Shown here: positions 1 through 10,174 of the stretch, in pieces
Numbering within the stretch: position 1 is the stretch's first letter
How the letters are laid out: every line of letters starts with the position of its first letter
NCBI GenBank assembly: GCA_965248265.1
Contig: CBDFJF010000001.1
Coordinates: 2,432,001-2,496,000 of the forward strand
Origin: Candidatus Latescibacterota bacterium
GTDB taxonomy: Bacteria; Latescibacterota; UBA2968; UBA8231
Direction of reading: 5' to 3'
Length of the DNA: 64,000 nt
Notes under the pieces: generated by a model
Databases searched by the model: none
Told to the model about the DNA's origin: nothing
The model's input: the letters and a program-made list of their open reading frames with translations, nothing else
Made by a program: the position numbers and the translations under genes

Positions 1-765
1 GGGTACGTGGAGTCGCCGCTGGTCGATGGTGAGCGGGTCGTGCTCACTCCGGGTGGAACCAGCGGCGCCGTCGTCGCGCTCGACAGGAGCACGGGAGATT
101 TGCTCTGGCAATCGATGCAGTTCACCGACGCGGCACAGTACTCATCCATCATCGCCGTCGAAAACCACGGGATCAGTCAGTACCTGCAGCGAACCATGGA
201 GAGCGTCGTCGGCCTGAGTCTGAATGGCAAGGTTCTCTGGCACGTTGAATACCCGGGCCGGACCGCCATGATACCGACTCCCATCTACCGTGATGGCCGC
301 GTCTACGTCACGGCCGGCTACGGGGTCGGTTGCATGATGACGCAGATCGACAAGGACCAGAAGGCCAGCCAGGTCTACGCCAACAAGGTGATGAAGAACC
401 ACCACGGCGGTGTCGTCCTCGTTGGCGATCACATTTACGGGTACTCGGACGGCTACGGTTGGACATGCCAGGCCTTCGACAGTGGTGAGCTGGTGTGGAA
501 TGAAAAGGAAGCCCTGGGCAAGGGCTCTGTCTGCTACGCCGACGGCCGGCTGTATTGCCTGGCGGAAAACGGTGATGTCGCCCTGCTCGAGGCCACACCG
601 AAAGGCTACGTCGAGCACGGTCGTTTCCGTCTGAATCCTCAGACGGAGCAGCGTCATCCCAGAGGGGGCATCTGGTCGCATCCGGTCGTTGCCAACGGCA
701 AGCTGTACCTGCGTGACCAGGAATTGATACTCTGTTACGACATCAAAGATGTCCCTCAGAAATAA
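1..765 (+). CDS. PQQ-binding-like beta-propeller repeat protein (BamB-like), 5'-truncated by window edge
   Basis: Frame open from base 1; repeated propeller motifs (ALDRSTGDLLW, SPLVDG, TPIYRDG, WSHPVVANGKLYLRD). Confidence 0.8.
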   Translation, partial: GYVESPLVDGERVVLTPGGTSGAVVALDRSTGDLLWQSMQFTDAAQYSSIIAVENHGISQYLQRTMESVVGLSLNGKVLWHVEYPGRTAMIPTPIYRDGRVYVTAGYGVGCMMTQIDKDQKASQVYANKVMKNHHGGVVLVGDHIYGYSDGYGWTCQAFDSGELVWNEKEALGKGSVCYADGRLYCLAENGDVALLEATPKGYVEHGRFRLNPQTEQRHPRGGIWSHPVVANGKLYLRDQELILCYDIKDVPQK

Positions 766-824
766 CCCGCCAAAGGCGTGAGTTCCAGATGAATGAACTC
801 GGCCTGGCGTGGAGACGACGAACG

Positions 825-1676
825 ATGTCCCGTTTCACCGGGAGCAAAATCTTCGCGGCACTCACGGCGTGTGCCTTTGCCATGGCCTGTGACAGCGATT
901 CCCCGACTGGCTCTGATCAGGACTCGCTTATCCGCCCGCTCGAAGAGGTCTCTGCTTCCGGTCCCCCTGTCGTCACCGATGTCACCGGCTCCGGTGCAAT
1001 ACTCGTTTTCGACTCTTCCGTCCCATTGGTCTGCTCCGTCATCTACGGCAAGACGACGGACTACGGCCTCATCGCCACCGACGACGACATGCTCGGCGGC
1101 GCCCACAGCACACACAGTCCCTTCATGCCCGGATTGGAACCCGACACGGAGTACCATTACCGCGTTCAGGGCACAGCCGCTGACGGGACGCTCTACGTGA
1201 GTGAGGACATGACCTTCCGCACGCCGGCCCAAGACCCGGAACCGGAGGCGAATCTGTTGTCGGCTGCAGCGGGCGCTCGCATTGTCGCCGTCAGCAGTAA
1301 CTTCGGTGCTGCGGCCAATGACGAACGATGGGGCGCCGGCAGCGCCATCGACGAGAGCCCGGGGACCGCCTGGTCCTCAGCCGGCGACGGTGATGAGGCG
1401 TTCATTGAGATCGAGTTGGCCGGACCGGCGCGTCTCCATGCCATCGAGGTGTGGACGCGATCGATGAGCAACAACACAGCGCAGATATTCTCGTTCACGA
1501 TTACCACCGATGTGGACGAGACTATAGGCCCCTTTGACCTTGTGGATGCTTCCCAGGCCTACCGGTTTGAGATCGACACCGTGACGAGTTCCCTTCGCTT
1601 CGACGTCGTGTCCAGCAACGGTGGCAACACCGGATTGGTTGAGTTTGCTGCCTTCGGTACCTTGCTGGACGGGTAA
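825..1676 (+). CDS. Lipoprotein with fibronectin type III-like domain and C-terminal discoidin/F5-8-type-C-like domain
   Basis: ATG 825 preceded by GGAGA; signal peptide ending AMA-C; Fn3 motif GLEPDTEYHYRV; discoidin-like AID..TAWSS..IEIEL. Confidence 0.65.
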   Translation: MSRFTGSKIFAALTACAFAMACDSDSPTGSDQDSLIRPLEEVSASGPPVVTDVTGSGAILVFDSSVPLVCSVIYGKTTDYGLIATDDDMLGGAHSTHSPFMPGLEPDTEYHYRVQGTAADGTLYVSEDMTFRTPAQDPEPEANLLSAAAGARIVAVSSNFGAAANDERWGAGSAIDESPGTAWSSAGDGDEAFIEIELAGPARLHAIEVWTRSMSNNTAQIFSFTITTDVDETIGPFDLVDASQAYRFEIDTVTSSLRFDVVSSNGGNTGLVEFAAFGTLLDG

Positions 1677-1698
1677 AAGGCGCGTTGTCGAAATTGCG

Positions 1699-3981
1699 CT
1701 ACAACTCGAGCTTTCGCAGGCGAAGGGAGTTGACGATCACCGACAGAGAACTGAATGTCATGGCCGCGCTGGCAATCATCGGACTCAGCAGCAACCCGGC
1801 AACAGGGTAAAGCACTCCGGCGGCAATCGGCACACCCAGACAGTTGTAAACGAAAGCGAAGAACAGATTCTGGCGGATATTGCGCATGGTCGCTTGGCTC
1901 AAACGACGAGCTCGCACGATCCCACGCAGGTCCCCCTTCACCAGCGTGATACCCGCACTTTCCATCGCCACGTCGGTACCAGTCCCCATAGCGACACCGA
2001 CGTGAGCCTGAGCCAGTGCGGGCGCGTCGTTGATTCCGTCGCCCGCCATGGCCACGGTGTGCCCCTCGCTCTGGAGTCGCCTTACCACCTCCCCTTTCTG
2101 CGCGGGCAGGACGTCGGCGTGCACGTCATCGATGTCGAGCGCATCCGCCACGGCTTCGGCACTCACGCGGTTGTCCCCGGTGAGCATGACGATCCTGATA
2201 CCAGCCTGGTGCAGTAGGCGAATCGCCTCAGGCGTCGATTCCTTGACAGGGTCCGACACTCCCAATAGACCCGCAGCCTTCCCGTCTACAGCTACGAACA
2301 TGACAGTCTGGCCTTCGCGTTGCAGCGTTGCTGCCTGCAGTGGAAGGGCTCCCACTTCAACATGCCTGTCTAGCAAGAACGCCTTATTGCCGAGACAGAC
2401 CGCGTGTCCGTCGAGGCGCCCCTCCACGCCCTTACCCGTCACGGACACGAAACTCTCCACCTCCTCCGGCGCGATGGCCCGTTCACGAGCGCCTGCTATG
2501 ACGGCTTCCGCCAACGGATGTTCGCTACCGCGCTCGAGGCTAGCTGCCACCCGGAGCAATTCATCCGTCGACCATGCACCAACTGCTTCAACCGATACCA
2601 GCTTCGGTCTGCCCTCGGTCAAGGTGCCAGTCTTGTCTACTACCAGCGTGTCCACCTTCTCCATGATCTCGAGCGCCTCGGCATTCTTGATGAGGACACC
2701 GGCCAGAGCGCCGCGTCCTGTTCCGACCATGATCGACATCGGCGTGGCGAGCCCCAACGCACAGGGACAGGCGATGATGAGAACGGCCACTGCGTTTACC
2801 AGGGCGTAGGTCATCGACGGCTCCGGTCCAATCCAGCTCCAAACGACGAAGGTGATGATGGAGGCGAAAACGACCGCCGGCACAAAGTAGGCGGCAACGA
2901 CATCCGCAAGTCTCTGGATGGGCGCACGAGTGCGTTGAGCCTCGTTGACCATGCGCACGATTTGCGAGAGCAGCGTATCCGCGCCAACGTGTTCAGCCCG
3001 CATCACGAAACCGCCCGTTCCGTTGATCGTGCCGCCTGTCACGCCACTGCCCGACTCCTTTTCGATAGGGACTGGCTCTCCCGTTACCATCGATTCGTCG
3101 ACGGTGCTGCGACCGGTGACCAGCACACCGTCGACGGGCACTCGTTCACCTGGGCGCACGCGGAGAAGGTTCCCGGGCGACACCAGTTCGAGCAGGACCT
3201 CTTCGTCCTCCTCCCCTTCACCGTGCACCAGAATCGCTGTGCTGGGCGTTAGCCCCAACAGTGCTTTGATAGCGCTGCTGGTTCGGCTCCTCGCTCGCAG
3301 CTCCAGCACCTGACCCATGAGAACGAGTGTCGTTATCACGGCAGCCGCCTCGAAATAGACTGCGACCTCTCCTTGCGGACCGCGAAACGAGGCAGGAAAG
3401 ATCCGCGGCGCCAGGGTCGCGACCAGGCTGTACCCATAGGCCGCGCCAACGCCTCCGGCGATGAGAGTGAACATGTTCGGACTCAAGCGCAGCAGCGAAT
3501 TCCATCCGCGCACGAAGAAGGGCCACCCCGCCCACACAACAACCGGTGTCGCCAGGACAAGCTGAATCCACGTCGCCGTGTGGGCATTCAGCAGTCGACC
3601 GAGCGGCTGCCCCGGGATCATCTCACCCATGGCCAGCACGAAGGCCGGCAGGGACAGTACCAGGCTTGTCCAGAAGCGCCGAGTCATGTCGATGAGTTCG
3701 GGGTTGGCGGCCTCATCCACGACCACGGTACGAGGCTCCAGCGCCATACCGCAGATTGGGCAGTCGCCTGGCTGGGACTGCACTACTTTGGGATGCATCG
3801 GGCAGGTGTATTCGATCTGCGTCGCCGGACCCGCCTCGACGAGTGGTTCCAGGGCCATGCCACAATCGGGACAATCTCCCGGACCCGTCTGCCTCACTTC
3901 CGGGTGCATGGGACAGGTGTGTACTGCACCCTCGTCCTCTCCCTCGTTCTCTCCATTGTTACAACAGTGTTCACCACTCAT
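1699..3981 (-). CDS. copA: Cu(I)-translocating P1B-type ATPase with two N-terminal CPMHP heavy-metal-binding domains
   Basis: TGE, CPC, DKTGT, SEHPL, GDGIND, YN and MxxSS motifs; two CPMHP..PGxCPxCGMAL repeats; start set at ATG 3981 (ORF track 4005). Confidence 0.93.
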   Translation of the reverse strand: MSGEHCCNNGENEGEDEGAVHTCPMHPEVRQTGPGDCPDCGMALEPLVEAGPATQIEYTCPMHPKVVQSQPGDCPICGMALEPRTVVVDEAANPELIDMTRRFWTSLVLSLPAFVLAMGEMIPGQPLGRLLNAHTATWIQLVLATPVVVWAGWPFFVRGWNSLLRLSPNMFTLIAGGVGAAYGYSLVATLAPRIFPASFRGPQGEVAVYFEAAAVITTLVLMGQVLELRARSRTSSAIKALLGLTPSTAILVHGEGEEDEEVLLELVSPGNLLRVRPGERVPVDGVLVTGRSTVDESMVTGEPVPIEKESGSGVTGGTINGTGGFVMRAEHVGADTLLSQIVRMVNEAQRTRAPIQRLADVVAAYFVPAVVFASIITFVVWSWIGPEPSMTYALVNAVAVLIIACPCALGLATPMSIMVGTGRGALAGVLIKNAEALEIMEKVDTLVVDKTGTLTEGRPKLVSVEAVGAWSTDELLRVAASLERGSEHPLAEAVIAGARERAIAPEEVESFVSVTGKGVEGRLDGHAVCLGNKAFLLDRHVEVGALPLQAATLQREGQTVMFVAVDGKAAGLLGVSDPVKESTPEAIRLLHQAGIRIVMLTGDNRVSAEAVADALDIDDVHADVLPAQKGEVVRRLQSEGHTVAMAGDGINDAPALAQAHVGVAMGTGTDVAMESAGITLVKGDLRGIVRARRLSQATMRNIRQNLFFAFVYNCLGVPIAAGVLYPVAGLLLSPMIASAAMTFSSLSVIVNSLRLRKLEL

Positions 3982-4008
3982 CGGTCTGGAGTCAGCTCCG
4001 GGCAATGG

Positions 4009-7000
4009 TCAGGTCAATTCCTGCGTGCTGCCACTTTCTTCTCGATTCATCTCCCAATCCTTCCACAGAGCGTATATCACCGGTAGCACCAGTAGCGCCA
4101 GCGCGGTGGCCGAGATCATCCCGCCCACCATCGGCGCCGCGATCCGCCTCATGACCTCGGAGCCCGTTCCGTGTCCCCACATGATCGGCAGCAGGCCGCC
4201 GACCGTCGAGCACACCGTCATCATCACCGGTCGCAACCGTAGCTTGGCGCCCTCGATGACCGCCTGGTACAGATCCTCTCGATCCAGCAAGCGTCCCTCC
4301 TGACGCCTTTGGTAGAAAGCCTGGTCCAGGTAGGTCAGCATCACCACGCCGAGCTCGGCACTCACCCCGGCCAGGGCGATGAAACCAACCCCGACGGCAA
4401 TACTCATGTTGTAGTCAAGCAGGTAGATCAACCAGATGCCACCCACCAGCGCGAAGGGCAGCGACATCATGACGATCAGACTCTCGGTGATGTTGCGGAA
4501 GTTGAGGTAGAGGAGCAGGAAAATGATCGCCAGGGTCACCGGCACGACCATCCGCAGCCGTTCCTGCGCCCGCTGCATGTACTCGTACTGACCGCTCCAG
4601 ACCAAACTGTAGCCCGCGGGCACCTCGATCCTTTCCAGCAGCATCTGCTGAGCGCGCTCGACATAGGTGCCGACATCGATGCCACTGATATCGACGTAGA
4701 TCCAGGCGTTGAGACGGGCGTTCTCGCTTTTGATGCCAGGCGGACCTTTGCGAATCCGTATGTCAGCCAGCTGCTCCATCGGGATTTGCGCTCCGGTGGG
4801 GGTCGGCACCAGAACCCGTCTCAGCGCCGGCAGATTGTCTCGCAATTCTCTGCCGTAACGCAGATTCACGGGATAGCGCTCCCGACCCTCCACTGTATGC
4901 GTGATGTTCATGCCGCCCATTGCTGACATGATCACCTGCTGGACATCACCTACCGTCAATCCGTAGCGGGCGGCCTCCTCGCGGCGGATATCGAAGTCGA
5001 GATAGTTACCCCCCACGACCCGCTCCGCATAGACACTCAGCGTCCCTGGAATCTCCCGAACAACTTCCTCAATCTGCTGCCCGAGCCGTTGCAGAGTCTC
5101 CAGATTGTCCCCGGCTACCTTAATCCCAACCGGCGTTTTGATTCCCGTCGACAGCATGTCGATGCGAGTCTTGATCGGCATGGTCCAGGCGTTGGTCAGG
5201 CCCGGAAACTGAATCGCCGCGTTGAGCTCCTCCACCAATTTTTCCGGCGTCATGCCCGGCCGCCACTCCTCTTCCGGCCTGAGTGTTATCGTGGTTTCGA
5301 TCATCGACAGAGGCGCGGGGTCGGTCGCCGTCTCCGCCCGGCCGATCTTGCCGAATACATTATCAACTTCCGGAAAGGTGCGAATGATTTTGTCGGTTTG
5401 CTGCAGCAACTCCCGCGCCTTCGTCACCGATAGCCCTGGCAGCGTCGTCGGCATATAGAGCAGGTCGCCTTCGTACAGAGGCGGCATGAACTCGGAGCCG
5501 ATCCGCTCCAGCGGAAAGATCTCGTCTACCTTGACGAGCGCGCGATAGGACAGGCTGCGCGGATCATCGGCAAAGGACTCGACCACCTGGCTGCGGAAGG
5601 GAAATAACGTCACGAACACGAGTACCCCACCAGCCGCCACAACGATAGCCTTGTGCCGCAATGACCACTCAATCACCGGGCGATACACCCATACCAAAGC
5701 ACGATTGAGCGGGTTCTTACGCTCGGGTAGGACGCGGCCCCGAATCAGGAATCCCATCAGCACCGGCACGATCGTGATCGACAGCAGTGCCGCACCCACC
5801 ATGGCATAGGTCTTGGTGTAAGCGAGGGGCTTGAAGAGGCGTCCTTCCTGGGCTTGCAGCGAGAATACCGGCAAGAACGACAGGGTGACGATCAACAGCG
5901 AATAGAACAGGGCCGGTCCGACTTCAAGGGCGGCTTCACGGATGATTTGCCAATGACCCTTGGTGTCTCTGTCACGCTCGAGATGTTTGTGCGCGTTCTC
6001 GATCATGACAATAGCGGCATCCACCATGACCCCGATGGCGATGGCGATCCCGCCCAGAGACATGATATTGGCATTGATCCCCTGCTGGTGCATGATGATG
6101 AAGGAGATCATGATGCCGACGGGAAGCGTGAATATCGCCACGGCCGCACTGCCCATGTGCAGCAGGAACAGCACGCAGACCAGAGCTACGACGACACTCT
6201 CCTCGATCAGCTTCTCGCTGAGATTGTCTATCGCTCTCAGGATCAAGCCGGAGCGATCGTATGCCGCTGTAACCTGGACACCCTCCGGCAGCCCGGACTT
6301 GAGCGCCTCCAGCTTCTCTTTGACCCGTTCGATGACATCGAGGGCGTTTTCACCGTATCGCATCACCACCACTCCGCCGACGATCTCCCCCTCGCCGTTC
6401 CACTCTGCCAACCCACGCCGCAGCTCCGGTCCCAGCTGCACGGTCGCGATGTCCTGAATCCGGATCGGCGTGCCGTTTGCATCTACGCCAACCGGAATGG
6501 TGCGGATGTCCTCGAGCGATTCGATGTAACCCAACCCCCTCACCATGAACTCGGTCTCGGCCAGTTCGATCAACCGACCTCCGACATCGTTGTTGCTGCG
6601 TTCGATCGCCAGGCGAACCTTGTGCAGTGGAATGTTGAAGGCTGACAGTCGATTCGGATCGACCGTTACTTGGTACTGTTTGACAAAGCCTCCGATGCTG
6701 GCCACTTCGGAAACACCGGGCACGCTCGTCAACTCATACCGCAGATACCAATCCTGAATGGAACGCAACTCCGACAGATCGTGGCGCCCGGTGGTGTCTT
6801 CCAGCACGTACTCGTAGACCCAGCCGACTCCGGTGGCATCCGGTCCCAGTTTGGGCGTCACACCTGTGGGCAGCCTGTCTGTGACAAAATTCAAATACTC
6901 CAGCACCCTGCTGCGTGCCCAATACATATCTGTGCCATCCTCGAAAAGGACGTACACGAACGACAACCCGAAAAAGGAGTAGCCACGGACGACCTTCGCG

Positions 7001-7233
7001 AACGGCACCGCCAGCATGGCCGTGGTCAGCGGATAGGTCACCTGGTCCTCAACTACCTGCGGTGCTTGACCGGGATACTCGGTAAGGAGGATGACCTGCA
7101 CGTCAGACAGATCCGGTATGGCATCAAGCGGCGTGTTCAACATGGCGTAGGTGCCGGCGCCGATGACGAGGACCGTCAGCAGGATGGTCAAGAATTTGTT
7201 GTCGATGCTCGTTTCTATGATCCGGTTCAGCAT
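4009..7233 (-). CDS. cusA: CusA/CzcA heavy-metal efflux RND permease
   Basis: PLDAIPDLSDVQV N-terminus, GPDATGVGWVYEY, Met-containing motifs EGDLLYMP / PAPLSMIET / RIDMLSTG, GVMVDAAIVMIEN. Confidence 0.95.
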   Translation of the reverse strand: MLNRIIETSIDNKFLTILLTVLVIGAGTYAMLNTPLDAIPDLSDVQVILLTEYPGQAPQVVEDQVTYPLTTAMLAVPFAKVVRGYSFFGLSFVYVLFEDGTDMYWARSRVLEYLNFVTDRLPTGVTPKLGPDATGVGWVYEYVLEDTTGRHDLSELRSIQDWYLRYELTSVPGVSEVASIGGFVKQYQVTVDPNRLSAFNIPLHKVRLAIERSNNDVGGRLIELAETEFMVRGLGYIESLEDIRTIPVGVDANGTPIRIQDIATVQLGPELRRGLAEWNGEGEIVGGVVVMRYGENALDVIERVKEKLEALKSGLPEGVQVTAAYDRSGLILRAIDNLSEKLIEESVVVALVCVLFLLHMGSAAVAIFTLPVGIMISFIIMHQQGINANIMSLGGIAIAIGVMVDAAIVMIENAHKHLERDRDTKGHWQIIREAALEVGPALFYSLLIVTLSFLPVFSLQAQEGRLFKPLAYTKTYAMVGAALLSITIVPVLMGFLIRGRVLPERKNPLNRALVWVYRPVIEWSLRHKAIVVAAGGVLVFVTLFPFRSQVVESFADDPRSLSYRALVKVDEIFPLERIGSEFMPPLYEGDLLYMPTTLPGLSVTKARELLQQTDKIIRTFPEVDNVFGKIGRAETATDPAPLSMIETTITLRPEEEWRPGMTPEKLVEELNAAIQFPGLTNAWTMPIKTRIDMLSTGIKTPVGIKVAGDNLETLQRLGQQIEEVVREIPGTLSVYAERVVGGNYLDFDIRREEAARYGLTVGDVQQVIMSAMGGMNITHTVEGRERYPVNLRYGRELRDNLPALRRVLVPTPTGAQIPMEQLADIRIRKGPPGIKSENARLNAWIYVDISGIDVGTYVERAQQMLLERIEVPAGYSLVWSGQYEYMQRAQERLRMVVPVTLAIIFLLLYLNFRNITESLIVMMSLPFALVGGIWLIYLLDYNMSIAVGVGFIALAGVSAELGVVMLTYLDQAFYQRRQEGRLLDREDLYQAVIEGAKLRLRPVMMTVCSTVGGLLPIMWGHGTGSEVMRRIAAPMVGGMISATALALLVLPVIYALWKDWEMNREESGSTQELT

Positions 7234-7250
7234 GGCTTGGCCTTCCCGGC

Positions 7251-8654
7251 TTAGTTGTCCGTTTGGGATGCGTGTGGATCGGGTACCATGCCTTCGGCCT
7301 CCTGTGCAACCATGGCGCGCACGGCCGCCTTCAGGTTGCTCTCTGAGTCGATCAAGAACTGGGCCGAGGTTACGATACGCTCGCCGTCACTCAAACCGTC
7401 GAGCACTTCGTACAACCCATCGGCCTCAACACCGATCGTGATATCTCTGGGCTGAAAGCGCCCGTCTCCCAAGCTGACGACGGCGACACGGCGTTCACCG
7501 GAGTGGATGATAGCCTGTGCCGGTACCACGAGTGCATCCTTGGACACCGGGGAATGAATAGTGACGCTGGCGTACATCTCCGGTTTGAGCTCGAAGTCCG
7601 GATTGGGGAGGCTCAGCCTGACCTTTACCGTCCGCGTTTCAGGCTCCAGGAACGGAAAGATGTGGGTCACGGTCCCTGTGAACTGCTTGCCTGGCAGGTA
7701 AGACAGCTCCACCTGCGCTTCCTGCCCCTCCCGCACCCAGGGCAACTCGTACTCGTACACGTGGGCGTACACCCACACAGGCGAGAGTTCGGCTATTCGA
7801 TAGAGATGCTGACCCGGATGAATGTGTTCACCTTCGTACACGGCTTTGTGGACGACGGCGCCTTCCTGCGGTGAGTACACTGTCATCGTCCGCGTCACTA
7901 CCCCCGTGCTCTCCAGCTGTTGAATCTGCTCCATGGTGACATCCCAGTGGTGGAGTCGATGCCGGGACGCCTGCAGCAGGTCGACTCCACCCATCTTGGC
8001 ATCGGTGTCCGGGCTGGCATCTACACGGCGTTTGTAATCCAGAGCCGTCAGGTGTTCTTCCTGGGCGGCCACGAGTTCTGGACTGTAGATCTCGAGCAGG
8101 GGCTGACCCTTCTCAACCAGCTGTCCGGTGTAGTCGACATGCAGTTTCTCCACCCAGCCGGCGATCTTGGTGTTGACATCCGTCATCCGTGTCTCGTCAT
8201 AATCGACTCTGCCGACCGCGCGCACGCTGCGGTTGAGTCGCTGACGCCGAACGGTTTCCGTCTTGACCCCGATGTTCTGGACGGTGACGGGATCGATTTT
8301 GATTGTTGTACTGACGGCTTCTTCCACATAGACGGGGACCAAATCCATGCCCATGGGCGATTTCCCCGGGGCGTCCGCGGTGTAGCTCGGATCCATGGGT
8401 GCCCGCCAGTAGGCAACTTCCCGTTCACCAGTGGCCTCGCTCGAACTGGACTCCGCAATGTCCTTTGCCATGTCCATGCCGCAGACCGGGCAACTGCCCG
8501 GACGATCCGAAACCACGGTCGGGTGCATTGGGCAGCGATAGGTCTCCGCTTGCTCGTGTTCATGCACATCATAAGTGGGCGATCCGAGCAACCAGGTGCC
8601 TGTGCCGATGCCGACGATCAGGGAGATCGAAATAGTCAGTATGTATTTCATCAT
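7251..8654 (-). CDS. cusB: CusB-type RND periplasmic adaptor with heavy-metal-binding domains
   Basis: YRCPMHP..PGSCPVCGM and YWRAPMDP..PGKSPMGMDLVP domains; IYSPEL, LKPEMY, SAQFLIDSES. Confidence 0.92.
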   Translation of the reverse strand: MMKYILTISISLIVGIGTGTWLLGSPTYDVHEHEQAETYRCPMHPTVVSDRPGSCPVCGMDMAKDIAESSSSEATGEREVAYWRAPMDPSYTADAPGKSPMGMDLVPVYVEEAVSTTIKIDPVTVQNIGVKTETVRRQRLNRSVRAVGRVDYDETRMTDVNTKIAGWVEKLHVDYTGQLVEKGQPLLEIYSPELVAAQEEHLTALDYKRRVDASPDTDAKMGGVDLLQASRHRLHHWDVTMEQIQQLESTGVVTRTMTVYSPQEGAVVHKAVYEGEHIHPGQHLYRIAELSPVWVYAHVYEYELPWVREGQEAQVELSYLPGKQFTGTVTHIFPFLEPETRTVKVRLSLPNPDFELKPEMYASVTIHSPVSKDALVVPAQAIIHSGERRVAVVSLGDGRFQPRDITIGVEADGLYEVLDGLSDGERIVTSAQFLIDSESNLKAAVRAMVAQEAEGMVPDPHASQTDN

Positions 8655-8659
8655 GGGAG

Positions 8660-9967
8660 TTATTTCCTCTGTCCAGGCCGCGAGGCATGGGGCTCGAACA
8701 ATCTGGCGCCAACGACCGCTTCGACCTGCGCCAGGCTCTTCTCAAAGGCCATGCGATGGCGGAAGTAGCCGATCTCGAAGTTCAGCAGGGATACCTGGCT
8801 GTTCAGCAGCGTCAGGAAATCGACTTTGTCGACCTGGTACCCCGCCATTGACGCACTGAGGGATTGTTCCGCCTGGGGAATGATGGCAGTCTTGAACAAG
8901 GCCGTTTGCTCCTGGTGCGCCTCGATGTCCACGGCAAGCTTTTGGATCTCCAGGAAAATCTGTTGCCGACGGGCCTCGAATTCAGCTTCGGCCGCGGTCC
9001 GGCGAGCACTCGTTTCTGCTGAGCGCTGATCCTGCTTGCTGCCTGTGTATAGCGGCAGATTCGCTGCCACGGCAACGGAGATGAAATCGCTGCCCCCGAC
9101 CGGATCGTTGGCGAAGCTGCGCTGACGATAGCTGACGCTCAAGTCGAAGTCGGGGCGGTAGTCGGCGCGCGCCAGATCCTCGGCCGCCTGCCAGTGCGCG
9201 ACTTGCGCGCGCAGCTGTCGCAGTGCAGGCCTGCGCTCCAGCGCCATCTGCTGCAGGTCCTCTGCCTCGTACGTGAAATGCGATACCAGCGGGGTCTCTA
9301 CTTCACCCAAAGGCCGTTGCGGTGATTGATTCAGCACCGTGTTCAACTCGGCCTCAGCGTGTCCGCGACGGCGCCGCAGCTGGATCAAGTCATCCTTCAG
9401 ACTCGATAGCGCGACCTGCGCCTTGAGCACGTCCTGCTGAAGACCGGTGCCGACGGCGTACTTGGTCTGGGCAATGTGTATTAGATCGCGCAGCAGGGCC
9501 TCGTTTTCACCGGTGATTTCGATCGCTCTGTCGAGAAAGGCCAGGGTGAAGTAGCTCTGCTTGACCAGGTTGACGATGACACCCTGTCGGTCCTGGTAAA
9601 TGGCCTCTGTCGCCAATGCCGTGTGCTCGGCCATGCGCTCACGAGCGTCGCGCTTGCCCCAATACGGCAGCCGTTGAGTCAGCATCAACTGGATTCCGCT
9701 CATAGGTGAGCTATCGAAATCGAGCTCGTTCAACGGCACGTTGCTGAAGTCCATGGTCAACATCGGATCTATCAATGCACCCGCTTGGGGAACACGGCGG
9801 CGCGCCGCTTCGACGCGCTCCCGCAATACGGTGAGACTCGGATTGCGCTCCAGTGCCTCCTCAATGAGTCCTTCCAGCGAGAGACGGGGCGTTTGTGCAT
9901 TCACCTGGATGCTCGAGAGCATCAGCGACACGACGGCGCAGATTGTGATGGTGAACTGTTGTGACAC
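8660..9967 (-). CDS. TolC-family outer-membrane efflux protein (CusC-like)
   Basis: GTG start with strong GGAGG RBS; signal peptide; OEP repeats (LTQRLPYWGK, NLPLYTG, YQVDKVDFLTLL); first structural gene of the cus cluster. Confidence 0.88.
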   Translation of the reverse strand: MSQQFTITICAVVSLMLSSIQVNAQTPRLSLEGLIEEALERNPSLTVLRERVEAARRRVPQAGALIDPMLTMDFSNVPLNELDFDSSPMSGIQLMLTQRLPYWGKRDARERMAEHTALATEAIYQDRQGVIVNLVKQSYFTLAFLDRAIEITGENEALLRDLIHIAQTKYAVGTGLQQDVLKAQVALSSLKDDLIQLRRRRGHAEAELNTVLNQSPQRPLGEVETPLVSHFTYEAEDLQQMALERRPALRQLRAQVAHWQAAEDLARADYRPDFDLSVSYRQRSFANDPVGGSDFISVAVAANLPLYTGSKQDQRSAETSARRTAAEAEFEARRQQIFLEIQKLAVDIEAHQEQTALFKTAIIPQAEQSLSASMAGYQVDKVDFLTLLNSQVSLLNFEIGYFRHRMAFEKSLAQVEAVVGARLFEPHASRPGQRK

Positions 9968-10148
9968 GGTGTTCCTCCCTCCTCCTGGCCTCTTTCCACA
10001 TCCTGAGAGTGGGATGGCTCATTGCCTTGCACGCACACCTTCGAGGTGACAGGTACACGCGTACGAATCCCAGTTGGGCGGATTACACGAATCCGGGGCA
10101 TTGTGGCCGCGGATTCCAGATGCAAGGTGTAGTCAGGTGTAATCTGGT

Positions 10149-10171
10149 ATTGCCCTCGAAGAGAGGGCAAT
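10149..10171. promoter_or_regulatory. Perfect 9-bp hairpin immediately after the leader ORF stop
   Basis: ATTGCCCTC-gaaga-GAGGGCAAT; no U-tract. Confidence 0.5.
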
Positions 10172-10174
10172 GGA

